This document shows positions 1-13,000 of a stretch of 64,000 nucleotides of DNA, in pieces. The notes under the pieces are model-generated. The model saw only the letters and a list, made by a program, of their open reading frames with translations. It did not search any database and was not told where the DNA came from. The stretch comes from Octopus sinensis (taxonomy: Eukaryota): assembly GCF_006345805.1 (NCBI RefSeq), contig NW_021833025.1, positions 1-64,000 of the forward strand, written 5' to 3'. The stretch's first letter is position 1; every line of letters starts with the position of its first letter. Position numbers and translations under genes: made by a program.

Positions 1-275
1 TAAATACTCTAATGTTTGTACTAAATTTTATAGTTTAGTTTTCATTTATTTTTAAATAATTTTGACATTCTTTAGATAAAGTACATTATTGAATAAAAAA
101 ACTTTTGTTTTTATTGATACAATTGATTTTAATCACTTAATTATATAAGTACTTCTTTTGAAACCGAAAAAAACTAGCAGTTGATTTATTGAATTCGTCA
201 ATGTCATAAATTGATGGTTACAAAACCCAGATTATTGTTTTTATCAAACTTTAGATCTTGGATCGAATTTCTAAA

Positions 276-960
276 TCTCAATAATAAAACAACATGGTGT
301 GTGCGCATTAAATTCAAACTAGCAAAATACAGATGAATTGTCTAAATCCTTTCCCCTTACTTCTTGCCCAAAAAAATTATTAACAGAAAATCGATTTGCT
401 ACAATTTTTACAATCTATAGAATCATAACTCAAAATTTTCTTCGAGTTGTCGGGATCAACTAATTAATTTACTTAATTAACTATTGGTGATTTTGAGTTA
501 AATAAAAAAACGACCTATCAAAAATTTGTAGGGAAACGTAATAGAAGCGACGATATTAACAGGTAAGTATAAGGTGAGGCTGTTTATACCCCATGAATTC
601 ATATTATTTCTCATGAATTAGCGTTTGTATTAAAAGGCTGAAATTTCAGTTAAAGATGAGTTTTGCGATGACAATAAACATGGCCCAGGGACAGTCATTA
701 AAGGTAGTTGGCTTATTTTTAGAGAGCGAGTGCTTTTCACATTAACACCTGTATGTTAGATTCTCAAGGTTGGGCAAAAAAACTTGTTCATATATGCCAA
801 GGAAACACGGACGACAAACATCGTTTATCAAAAGGCGTTAGAATAGGGTTAATTTAAACCAGGTTGTTGTATATACATTATCTATATATACTTATATAGA
901 TTGATGAAACAGGCCCACCAAAGAGCTAAATCACGCAGAGCGAAGAGATTGGCGAGCTAG
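276..960 (+). mobile_element. Short non-autonomous Helitron with both termini
   Basis: Starts with TC after an A (276) and ends with CTAG before a T (957-960). Carries a decayed helicase C-terminus (FAMTINMAQGQSLKVVGLFLESECFS, ~661-842). The 5' part matches 4720 and 48061(-); the 3' part matches 43145-43453. Confidence 0.8.
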
Positions 961-1264
961 TTGAAAATAAATTTGAAATGCTTTGAACATATAATCATAA
1001 CTGCATTTATTTATTTTTATTTATTGACCAAAAAACCAGGGTAGCCAGTTTATTATAATCCCCGTGATCCCCGATTAAAGCGAGAGAGATCCTTCTGAAA
1101 GGTTCGATCCTGCCCACATGATCGGACTAAGACGACGATGTCCCAGGGTCAGAGTTCTAGAAGTCTTTTTTTCGGTAGGCATTAAGTGTCTCCTGAGCGT
1201 TTCTTGCTAGAAATAGTCAAGTACGCTAGAAGAGCGGCATTATTGTAATTGTAGTTCAGCAAAT

Positions 1265-1345
1265 TCAAAAAAGGCATCGGCTTCAGATCATCCATAAACA
1301 TTAATTGTTTGTTGAAAAAGTCATTCTGAATTACATTGCCAAGTT
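1265..1345 (-). mobile_element. RT fragment, R4-like non-LTR remnant
   Basis: Minus frame reads KQLMFMDDLK, matching the NHFMFIDDIK catalytic motif of the element at 33-36 kb. Confidence 0.45.
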
Positions 1346-1696
1346 CGGATATTTTGAATTCAATATTTACTCGAAGGTTATATTACAAGAATATTTTTCA
1401 TTTTATTATTATTTACTCGGACTATCTAAATATGCCAGCTTGATTTTTCGATGGATCTGAAAATGTATCGACATTCTGGCATCCGTGAAGACAAGACAGT
1501 TTGCGTATTGAAACGCGATTTATAAAAAAATTATGAAGAAAATTTATACGATTAGAAATCTAGCAATCACATAGGTAAACTCAGTTAAAAGATCAAAAAT
1601 CCTAAGAATCATACAGAAAAAATATATCTGCTGCAACTAATGTACATTTTATCTCTCGAAAGTACAGACAGCATTAGAAATACTAAGAATTGACAT

Positions 1697-3820
1697 TCAA
1701 GAAACTAAATGAGATCCAATTGTAAATCTGTTTAAAGAAAACTGAAAAGAAACCATTACATTCAATTCTATCAGTGTCTGGAAAATACTGACGTGAATTG
1801 GGTCAAATTCAGGGTAACCAATAAACACAAATAACTCATCTTTAAACAAAAATCTTCTGTTTACTATCGAGATCGCAACCTGTTTTCGAATATAAGGAAA
1901 TAATTCAATTATTGTAACTGAACAAAAAAGAGAGTTTACCACCACAGCTACAAGATGTAGCAGAATGTTTAATATTCTTATCTCAGAAGACATAAAGAAA
2001 TTGTTAAATGCTTACATTTGCATTTGTATAGGAAGTATGAAATTAGGAAGAACAAAAAGCCCAAAAATCAACTTAGTTCAATCTGTTCTAGAGAATGAGC
2101 TTGTCGAAATAAAGGTCAGTACAGCAATCAGAATGTTGTGAAAATACATAAACATGACCTGTAGAAAGTGAATCAAATATTACTTGTGGTGGAAGGTAAG
2201 AATAATCCCATTCGTATCTAAATAAGACTAATTCCTCAAATTACTAAAAAAGCTATCTAGGCTTCTTTAGAATTGAAAAGGCAACCAAAGGCATTTATCA
2301 GCCAGCGTGCTTCAGAAAAATTGGAGAGCTGAAGTGTAGGAAAAACATTGACTTTTTAATGCGTTCTTATGAAGAGAAAGCTAACATAAATCCAACTCTT
2401 GATTGCTCTAGGAGGGAGAATGCCGTACACAAAATAGACTTAAACTAATTAATTAATTTAATAGACAAAGATGCCAAAAACTGCTGAACCATATTTACAA
2501 AGATTATCAAATAATAGGTTTATTTGACTTAAGATTCATTCTATTAGTAAATAAGTATTTCTTGTTGGAACATTTTTATAAAAACTAAAATTTTAATATC
2601 ACTTTCTTGTGGTCGATATATTATAAATTGGTATGAAATTTCTACAGCTATATATTTTTGATAGAATTTTTACCGAAGTGGCATCTTCTAGTAAAATAGT
2701 TCAGTAAATATGGTCCAGCAGTTTGACACCACTTTTAATACCAATTGCTACCTCGGTACTAATTTTAGAGTGGTCAATAAGAGTTCTCTACTGAAGAGGA
2801 ACAGTTAACTGTCAAAGAAGAACGTGAGGAACGTCTAATATCGACTATCACGCTGAAGCCCACATATGCCCCGTTCTTCAATCCTCCAAAGAAATTTTCA
2901 AGTCTTTAGATAAATGACTCCCTCCTTACTGTACAGTCAAAACCGATCTGAATAAAATTTATTTTTTTGATTAATATGATTTATTTATTTAGAATAACAC
3001 AGGAAAACTAACACATGCAAAATAAGGTTTTTCTGCTACCCCTCCAAAGTTAGCCAACTAGGGATAGGATGACAAAATTTTGTGTTTTGTAATTGTATAA
3101 TATCATTTTCAGCATATACTACTGTATTTTTCACAGCATTGGTTCTACGACAAAAGAATTAGGAAAAGAATTTTGGAATACGACTGTTGAGTAGTTCAGA
3201 GAAGTATTTTTTAATAAATCAACACGACATGTCAAAAATAGCATCTAAATATGCCGCGAATTAAGTTGGCGACCAAGATGACCTACATAGTTCGACACTA
3301 TTACTGGGACCATCTTTGCACTATAAAATTTACGGTAAAGAGCTAATAGTGTTGTTGATGCACATGCTGTAATGAATTTTTTCCGAGTATGGAAGAACAT
3401 TGGATTTGTTGCCAAAGGAATTTCATGAAAAGATTCTGATTTCTTGTTTTTTGAACTCGAATTTTCATTATTCACAGCACCTTTTGCTTCGATGCTAACA
3501 ATGCAGATAGAAATTTACAAATGGAATTGTTGCGATCTAATCGGATTCTATACTAAAGATATTTGGAAGTGGAATACCTGCTTTCTCTACGGATCTTCTT
3601 GGAAAGCATAAAAACTTTTGAAATTTTGCTACTAAACTAATTGCCTATGTCTGGTCAATAGGTATGCACTATTGTCGCAAAATTTTTCCGCTTTGACTCT
3701 GATCATTTTCGTAGCACTTTTGATGTAGACTACTTCTGGTTTGTTGAACTCTCAGACCTGAATCACACCTGGGGCTTTTCTACTCAAGAACTATCTCTTT
3801 ATTCCGAAATTTTGCATGTT
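1697..3820 (-). CDS. Probable multi-exon gene, product unknown; boundaries approximate
   Basis: Several open minus-strand segments (1697-1993, 3245-3475 and others) separated by short AT-rich GT..AG stretches. No recognisable motif. Confidence 0.3.
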
Positions 3821-4719
3821 ACGAAAATAAATTACCGATTGAAAAAAAATAAAAAAAATAAAAAAGTCAACAATTGAAGACGCTAATTTTAAACTGCAAT
3901 CAACTGGTCAAATATATTATTATTCACTGTTTAAAATTTAAATATAATCCCTTTGCTACCCGTTATTTTAAAATTCATTAATTTTAGAATATAAATCACC
4001 AATACCTTAGAGATCTAAAGTGCTGATTTACAAATTATTATTATTTAATCCCGGGAACACAGGAAAGAGTAATAGTAATCGTCTATTAAGTGATCCCGGT
4101 GTCAGTGCGTCTCCTTTTATCTCTTCCTTGTCTCGAATTCTTAATCAACGTCTAAAAGGTGGATGGTTTTTTCTCAAATTTCCTACCATACTTCTCATAG
4201 GCAAGATACTCCTCTTCAAGGGGACCTCCGGTAGATCTTGTCATCGTTAAGAAGATGTGATGTTTTTCTGTAAGATAGACCATTAATTTTTTGACGTTGA
4301 GTGTATTTCTCAATTCCGAATTCGGCGTCATTTTATCACTTGAGATCAATTCAAGTATTTCCTGATGGTCTAGTGGGGCATGTTTAGGAGGGTAGCGTAT
4401 GGAAGAATTTATCGTATTATGGAGTGAAATTTTTGCGGATACAAATCCTTCCGTTATTTGTCGCACAATTTTTTAAATAATAATTTAAAGAAACGATATT
4501 TAATTTTCTTGTATATACAAAAAAATTGTATAATTTGTTCTTGAAGAGTGGTCTTGTGTTTCGCTGTGTTTGTTTACAAAAAATAATTTTTTTAAAGTTA
4601 CGGACAACTCACTTAATTTCATGAAAGGATTCCATTCGGTGTAATCGAAAATTCTTTTGAATATTTGTTACAAATATTTTTAGCTTTTTAAAATCGGAAG
4701 GCTTATTTTTAGGCATATG

Positions 4720-4900
4720 TCTTAATAATAAAATGATATAGTGTGTGTCTGTGTGTGCGACCAACTTCAAATTAGCAAAATACAGCTAAATTTTCAAAAT
4801 CCTTTCCCCTTATAATTCGCCAATAATGGAAAACAAGCCCAAAATGATGAGGTTCTTCAAAAATCTTCTACTTAAAAAACCAACATATCAATGAGCTATT
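4720..4900 (+). mobile_element. Helitron 5'-end stub
   Basis: TCTTAATAATAAAATG..GTGTGTGTCTGTGTGTGC..TTCAAATT..AATCCTTTCCCCTT is homologous to 276 and to 48061(-). Confidence 0.6.
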
Positions 4901-4959
4901 AAAAAAATACAAGTCGAGTTATTATTCATTTTCTAATATTTTCAAACCACGGGAAGATG

Positions 4960-5568
4960 AATATATGAAAAGTATGTCTCTGTTATTAGTGACTTACTCG
5001 ATGAATTCGAAACACGTTTTAATAAATTTAAAGAAGCTCCGCCAATTATAAAAATATTTTTTGTCAGTTATGGAAACAGATGCTGCAACCACTTCATTGC
5101 TAATTGAAATGCAGGCAGTCACAACTTACCGCGCTATTAAAGTCAAATAAATTATTGGATTTGTGGAGTCGAATTCTACAATGGAAACATTTGAACTTGG
5201 TCGATAATGCTTAAAAATGCATCAGTCTTCAGATCAACGTATGCATGTGAAGCTCTTTTCAATAAATTTACGCGAATAAAGAGTAAGTATCGAAATCGAT
5301 TTATTGATGAACACTTAATCCAACACTATTTTTTTACTTTTTTTTTATTCCGAAAAAAAACTTAATTCAACTTTGAGTAAATTGTCTTCGAACTTTAAAT
5401 CTCGTATCGATAAAATTGTAAATGTCAAGCAAAATCAAGTCTACATTGATTCTCTTATTACATAATAAGGCCTTGTTTCTTAATCAAATAAAATATTTTT
5501 TGTGCGACAAGTAAAGATACTCTTAATTGTCGATTTGGCACTTGAACTGAAAAGGTTGAGAACCCCTC
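4960..5568 (+). mobile_element. hAT (Buster/SPIN-like) 3' remnant
   Basis: Decayed YACEALF..RIKSKYRNRFIDEHL dimerisation-domain motif. The terminus AAAAGGTTGAGAACCCCT resembles the right end of the 43568-44425 element. Confidence 0.65.
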
Positions 5569-6100
5569 ATCGTAAAATTTAAAATATATGATTCAAAAAA
5601 TCGATTTTACATAAACGTCTTATTTGAAATTATACAAAAATTTATTGTGAATAAAATCTGTTGTGAGAAATTTCAAAGTAGCCAATGGCTAGTTTTTATT
5701 GCTTTCAACCAAAAGTTTCTTCAGAATATTTTTCCAAGAAAATTTTGTCTACCAAAAATTTTAAAACGTATGAAAAGTCTAGTATGACTTTCTAAGTTCA
5801 ATCTTCTATTTTTAAACAGACAGCAGGACATTATCAAAATTATAAATCAGGTCCTCATGAGATTTAGTCCCATTTTACCTCAATTATGTTCCAATGCCCT
5901 CCTCATCGAAATTTAGATTCAAATCCAATTTGACAGTCTTGCGTCACTACAAATATTTCAGACATATTGGATCTCTGTGAACAATATAGTAAAGAAGTAT
6001 CTGGTTTGTCTCATTATATTATTTTTTTATTATAATTTTATCTGAATGTAATTTTAAATACATTTTGTTACAAGCGAGGCGAGGCTTGTACGATTCTCCA

Positions 6101-6811
6101 ATGTTTATACAAGGTGCTAAAATGAGTTGATTTTACATTAAATTAAAGACGATATTGATACATTGAGCCCCAATCAGCTCACCCTGCTAAATGTCGCTTT
6201 CGATGGTATTGTAAGGTGATTTAAATTAAAACTATATTTTTGTAGAGTAGAATGGAAAGAACTTAGAACCATTTTAGAGCAGAGATTATCAGAAATTGCT
6301 CCGAATATTAATAAAATCAAAAATGAAGACGATGACGTATTCCAAATAGAGGAGATAACGTCTCTCATTCAAGAACTCTCAGAGTACCCTACTAAGCATA
6401 CCCTGCAGAGCTCCATTCACGATACAACGGATATGCGAGATTCTCCTAAACCCCTTCGTGGTAGGAGAGGGAAAGTTCATGCTTCAAAGACTCAAGCAGG
6501 CTCTCCAATCTGTTGAATTTGAATGATAAATTGTAGCTCATGTTGGTGGACTGTTTGAACTCCTCTGACTTGGCAGATTTTGAAGAAAAGGCGAGCGAGG
6601 GAAAGTTGTCGGAAAAACTGTATTCATTGTGTCATGATATCCCTGGGATAGAAGAGTTTAAGATGGCCAAACAGGTTAGATCTGAGTATTATATTTGTAG
6701 GTAATCTACTATGGACGGGAACAGTCCCCTTCTAGTGATGCGCCCGTTGTTGACACAAGTCTGTTCTCTACTCAATTAGTTTATGTACCAGAGGAAGGGG
6801 GTTTTTTTTAA
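6101..6811 (+). CDS. PPP4R2: Protein phosphatase 4 regulatory subunit 2 (micro-intron gene; ends approximate)
   Basis: Removing a 25-nt intron (6384-6408) yields SEAPFTIQRICEILLNP, the PP4R2 signature PFTIQRLCELL. The upstream exon reads VEWKELRTILEQRLSEI. Confidence 0.75.
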
Positions 6812-7299
6812 TTTGGTGCATCTTTAGTTGTAGACGGTGGGGATAAGGAAATTGATGATTCTGCTTAATTAGCTTTCTTAAATGTATTTATTAGTTCAAA
6901 GTGTTTGAATTTTTTTTGTTCAAATCCAGTTAAATTTCATGAGATTAGTCACCATTAAGTAAAGTTAGATTCATTTTGATTATTTTCAACACAAGGTTGT
7001 GTAATGACAAATTTTCTCTAGCTTAAGATCCAAGTTATTTTTTGTGATAACACGGACTGCACTAGTTACTAAATAGCAAAGTCGTTACTTGTGATAATTT
7101 GGTGAAAATATGTCCATTGATTCAGTTTTTTCCTGATATTTAGTCAACGAAAGTAATGGACTGCACCTTCTTGGAGGTCTACAGAACCAGAAAAAATGAA
7201 TAAAAAGGGGAAGGAGCTGTATGGGGTGTCGCTCCTTGTTCACTCCGAAGGCTTAGTACAAAGTTAGCTAATTAAGTCTTTAATTTTTTGATAAAAATG

Positions 7300-8230
7300 T
7301 ATAATGACGAATTTATACCTATGCGGTGTCAATCCGGACTTATGTCAGACGTCCTGATACGACTACAATCTTTTTCGTTATGGCTGTGAACAGGCACTTT
7401 CGTACAAATTTTTTCCAACTTTTCTCCTGTGACTCCGGAATATACTTTTTTAATTTCACAGCCTGCAGAAATTCTCTCTAGTCCTATTTCGTTGAGAGCA
7501 TGAGTCATCTATTAGACAGACACCTCTTATTTCCTAAATTGCACGTTTATTTCTACCACGAAGAGAATTCCTTGAAATTCGTTTTTCATTTCCTTTTTAG
7601 AAACCATATATTTCTTTTTTCCACTTACAAGTGGCAATCTTTCTCAACTTTTTGATCTTATTTTGTTCATTTTATAATTTTCTGAAATGAATTTTTTTAC
7701 AGAGGTACAGAAATTGGCTGCAGAAGTAAGGAGTAAAAAGATTTGAATGTCTAAGCAAATTTTTGAACAAATGATAAATGAAGTGTTTAGAAATATTCAT
7801 TTTTTCGAGAGGTCCCATTATTCAAGCGTTTGGTATCAGTAAGTCTGGATATTGGTATCCGTCAGTATGGTCGTATCTACACATATTTCTACCATGACGA
7901 TTAAAATGATTAATTGAAGCAAATGCCTTTGTTAGCTCAAATTTTCGGCAAAAGTCCATTTAGATATATTTCACTCACCGACTTGTTAGCAATTTTCATT
8001 GGATACTCAGATACTAACCTCAATCAAAGAACAGATTTCGTGTATATTCTAATAATGTGTATCCCTTTTCTTTTTTGAGGCACTTTATCAATTCTTCCCC
8101 TATCCAAACACTTTTTTAGGTTGTAGCCTTATTTCGGAGTTTAAGAAATTTTACGTGCTCGTTGTCTCTGGTGTCTAAGTTGTATTTCACCACATTTCAT
8201 TCAAAAAGTGTTCAATTTCTAAAAACATGG
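7300..8230 (-). mobile_element. Degenerate R4-like non-LTR remnant
   Basis: VEICVDTTILTDTNIQ (~7860-7905) matches the pre-PD segment of the RLE in the 33-36 kb and 48 kb copies. Many stops. Confidence 0.5.
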
Positions 8231-8337
8231 CCTTTTTCTTAAATTAACCGACTAAATATCTGTAAATTTATCAACTTTGATCGACTTTATGTTGTTTGAG
8301 AATTTGTAATTTTTGATTATAAAATCTGTCATTAATT

Positions 8338-8584
8338 TATTTATTAATAAAAGGACAAGAGAAAAATAGTCATTGGCAGATAGCCAGAGTATTGCCTCTG
8401 ACTATGGCTATAGATATTCATTCGGTTAAATACCGGTGCTTACACGGGTCGCCGGTAACCCTTTCGATTAGTGAGCCAATCCGCTGGAGTAGGGTCCGAG
8501 TAGAAGGCCCCTGTATTCCTGACGTCTCAACAGCCAGGGGGACAAACACTCTGCCATTCCCAATTCCAGCGTATTTCTCACCCT
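8338..8584 (-). mobile_element. 5'-truncated CRE-clade retrotransposon stub
   Basis: Minus frame reads FVPLAVETSG..ISIAIVRGN. 11-bp TSD TGTCATTAATT at 8327-8337 and 8585-8595. Near-identical to 32327-32468. Confidence 0.85.
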
Positions 8585-8744
8585 TGTCATTAATTAAGAA
8601 TACCTAATTGAATATAAATTTAATTAACGTTAATTCATTGTAATTTATTTCAAATAATTTTAATTAGACTATGTCTAAGAAGCTATTTTATATTAAACAA
8701 TAAAATCTAATCTATGATATATTCCTTGTGCTACATCTCTTACA

Positions 8745-9808
8745 ATGTTTAAAAAGTTCATTTCATACATATGGAAGGTTTCTAAACATCTTTTTATGTG
8801 CAGGAACAAAATTTATCAATAAAACTGGCCCAAATATGTTTGCAATTAGATCGCCTGAAAGATTCCTCTGTACAATATAATCAAAAATATAACAAATTAC
8901 ACTCTCTATTAACTATGAGCCTTCTTACCGTGGCGATCCCACTTACGACATTTTCATACGCTCTTATGAACGAAATGTATTTTAAAGTGTTTTCGTCTGT
9001 TGCTCTCATTCTCTTCCCTTCCTGGTAATCTTTCCTCTTTATCTTAGCTATTTTGTTTGTTTAAATTTTTTCAAGAAATACTATTCTTCTCTTATTACTC
9101 GAACTGACCGAAAACGTCAGGAATTAACCGATTTGAGAGAAGAAGTGGTTGTGGTCCATATTTAGTAGATAGTAGATTTCCTTGATAATGGAAAAAGAAA
9201 CATATAAAAATGTGCACGATTTGCTTTCTAAATATGCCCCTGATAGACTAATTATGCATTTACGAACTGAAACTGATGACTGTGAACTAAAAAACGGCGA
9301 AATGATTGACGTCGGGACACAAACGAATCCTGTCCCACAAGAAATAATCGTGTCGAATTTAGAATCCCGCCAATTGATTAGATATGACACTGATACAGAG
9401 AAATATTCTGGTTTCACAAAAATTTTAAGATTTTAGAAATTTTACCTAGACCAGTAGTGTCGGCAAATACTGGTTTCCTCGGTCGATTATTAGATTATGC
9501 TCTTTGTGATGGTCCTCAGAACAGGCTGGCTCTAATCTGCAGGAACTGCCATTCTCATAATGGAATGGCTTTATCTGACGATTTTGGGACGTTAAGTTTT
9601 GCTATTATTTCCCTAATTTACAGTATATCAATGTTTTTGTTGCACGACTATGAATTGTCTGGGGAATGTAACAACCTTTATGGGGAATATCGACGATGCG
9701 TGCGACATTGATTGTGAAATAAAGCAAGAGAGTGATGGTGCAGTTACCGAGCTGAGTAGCCCAGAGAAGTGTGATACAAATGAGTTTACTCCTAAATCTG
9801 AATTCTGA
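8745..9808 (+). CDS. LNPK: Lunapark ER junction protein
   Basis: IMEKETYK motif, LPRPVV..LGRLLDYALCDGPQNRLALICRNCHSHNGMA zinc ribbon, and LIYQCFCC after splicing. Introns 8778-8803, 9025-9047, 9596-9623 and others. Confidence 0.9.
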
Positions 9809-10082
9809 TAACTATTTATTTTATGTTTTTTATAATTACATAATTGGATTATCTGTTTTACCTGAGTAAACATTTTCTTGGATATTCATTATCTTTGATT
9901 TATAGCATAGTTTAATTATAGATGATGTTAGGTCTTTGAAATGACAGATATTATATAATTGTAAACGAACTTTGATATTTTCGAGTAAAATTATTAATAA
10001 AATCCTTGCTGATTTTTTAACACATTTCTCTGACCATTCTCCATGGACTTTTTATTAAATCTTCCGACTAAGAGCACATGCG

Positions 10083-13000
10083 ATCGTCATGTGGTTCACC
10101 TTCTCGTGGAGACGATTGGATGCTGATTTCACATCAGCAACAAACAGAACCAATTTTTCCCCCTTGCCAACCAACCTGTCAACGGTTTGGTTGGTAGTGG
10201 CTACGGGACGAGCGCCAAGCTTACGTTCCCTGACTCTATTGTTGATTCGGTGTGGAGATGTGGAACAAAACCCTGGACCTGAGCCTATTAGAACACTAAC
10301 CATCCTTCAATTGAACATCAACGGGATTTCCAAGAAATGCAATGACCCACGCTACTTTCTACACACGAACTCTATTGATATAGCTCTTATTCAAGAGACC
10401 AAACTTACTCCAAAATCCCAAACCCCCCGTTTTAAGGGATATTCCACCATTCGTCGTGACCGCCAGTCTGGAAAGCCTGGCGGTGGTCTCATTACTCTCA
10501 TTCACGAGGCCATTCCCTTTGCAGACTCAACTGCCAACATTGAATCTCTCTTAACTAATGATCGATTTACCGAAATTTCATCTATTCAAATTAACATTAA
10601 CAAGATATGTTACTCTGTTGTTAACACATATATCCCCCCGATTTCGTCATGTGCTCCCAATTATACACCGAACTTACTGCCTCTTTTTTCAATTGAAAAC
10701 TGTATTCTATGTGGCGACTTCAACGCCCACCATCCTCTCTGGTTATCCACAAACAAAACTGACAAACGTGGCCAGCAAATCACAACGGATGCGGAAGAAT
10801 TGATCACTCTAAACAACCCTCTTCTACACACCCGCTGTGCAATGCGACCTGGAGATTCAAACACTTCTCCTGACATTACCTTATGTTCCCCAAACATCGC
10901 CCTCGACGCCAAATGGACAGTTCTGTACGACCTACCAACGGACCACAATCCTATTCTAATCAAAATAAACCATCACCCTGTAAAGAAGAGAATTACGAAG
11001 ACCTACATTAACTACAAACGTGGGAAATGGGACTCGTTCAGGAGTGAAACTGAACGTATATTCAGTAATTTTTCTTGCTCCTCCATTCAATCATTTGACG
11101 CTGCCGTTGCTTTCTTTACTAGTACACTTCTTTCTGCGGACAAAAAATTTATTCCCCGCGGCTTCATCCGAAATCACGGCCTCCACTTCCCCCCACCTAT
11201 CATTGAACTATTCAAAAAACGAAGGAGGATCAAATCGACGACTTCTATCAATGGAAATGGAGAATCTCTAGCAGAAATCAACAAACAAATTGACGAATTA
11301 ATCAAGAAACATAAAACTGACGAATGGAATGATTTTATCACTTCAATAACCCCAAATACTGGATCCCGTGCTTTCTGGAGAACCCTCAAGAAAATTCACA
11401 CGAGGCAAACATGTCCCCTCTCACATGCCACCGGTATCTCGACCAAAAATCTGTCCTATCTTTCCAGGATCAAGCCAACATCTTAATTCGCCATTATGCA
11501 AAAATCAGTCACCTTCCTACCCCAAAGGATCTCCGTTTCGTAAGAAAATCACATTATAAGTCAAATGACAATTCTACTGACTATATTAACATCCCAGAAT
11601 CATTTACCAGGCAACTTGTTGTTAACTCGCGGAATTCTAACGCCAGAGGTCCTGATGGCCTTGCCATCCACCACCTAAAAAATCTGGGTCCTAATGGCTT
11701 TCTGGCTCTGACCAATTTAATCGAATACTCGATCAACCATGGTCTGGTTCCTATGCTTTGGAAGAAATCTACCATCATCCCTATCCCAAAGCCAAATCGT
11801 GATACCTCTGACCCCTCCTCTTTTCGACCTATCTCTTTGATCTCAGTGGTTTCAAAAATAACAGAGCGAGTTGTATTGAGCATCATAAAACCTTTCCTCC
11901 CATTTGCTGAATCTCAACATGGCTTTCGTTCTTTGCATTCCACTTCCACCCATCTTTCAAAACTGACACAATTCATTGCGGATGGGTTTAACAATCATAA
12001 GCCACCTCAAAGAACAATTATTGCATCCATCGACATTGAAAAGGCATTTGACAGAACGTCAAGACACGTTCTGTGTAGGAAAATAACCGATACGGAATTC
12101 CCCCACCAAATAAAGTCATGGCTACTCTCTTTTCTCTCTGGGCGTCTTGGTCGCACCACAATCATGTCTTCTTACTCACGCTACAAATACTTGCCTAACG
12201 GAGTTCCCCAAGGCTCGGTCCTTTCACCTGCCTTATTTAACTTACATCTGTCAAATATCCCGACGAACAATAATACTCTACTTCTCTCCTACGCTGATGA
12301 CTTAATTTTTGCCTCCCGCCACCAAAACATAATCACCGCTTCTGGATTTCTGCAGGAACACATGAACACTCTTTCGTCCTGGCTGAAATGCAATCTTCTT
12401 CAACCTTCTCCTTCCAAATCATCTGTTACGCTATTCACAACTGACCGCCGTCAGTTCAACTTAGAGCCTAAACTATTCCTAGACAACACTCCACTCCCAG
12501 TTGAAAAATCCCCCAAAATCTTGGGTCTGATATTTGATTGCTGTTTGTCCTTCTCGAAACATGTTTCATATATCTGTGGAAAATCCCAGAAAAAACTCAA
12601 TGTGCTCCGAGCTATTGCGGGGACTTCATTTGGGCAGGATAAGGAAAGTCTAACAACTGTATACAAGCAGTTTATTAGAACAACTATGAACTACGCCATC
12701 CCTGCTTGGGGTTCCTGCTTATCTAATACAAACCTTGAAAAACTTCAGAGAACTCAAAACTCAGCATTACGAATTATTACCGGCTGTCTAAAAACGACAC
12801 CTACCGACCACCTACATTGGGAATCGAAAATCCTTCCAATCAGTGACCATTTTGAAATGCTCGGGCTGCAATTTCTTGACAAATGCCGAACCCTAAATCA
12901 CCCTGGCTACTTCCTCTGGCACTCCACTAACAACAGGAGAATAGTTCCGACCCTCGCGGACAAAGTCCGCAAGCTTATACGATCCCCTCCGGACATTAAC

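Noticed and set aside
4152-4466. 104-aa minus-strand ORF as a gene or Fanzor/TnpB-like nuclease
   Set aside because: No RuvC, zinc-finger or other motif is recognisable. Left unassigned.
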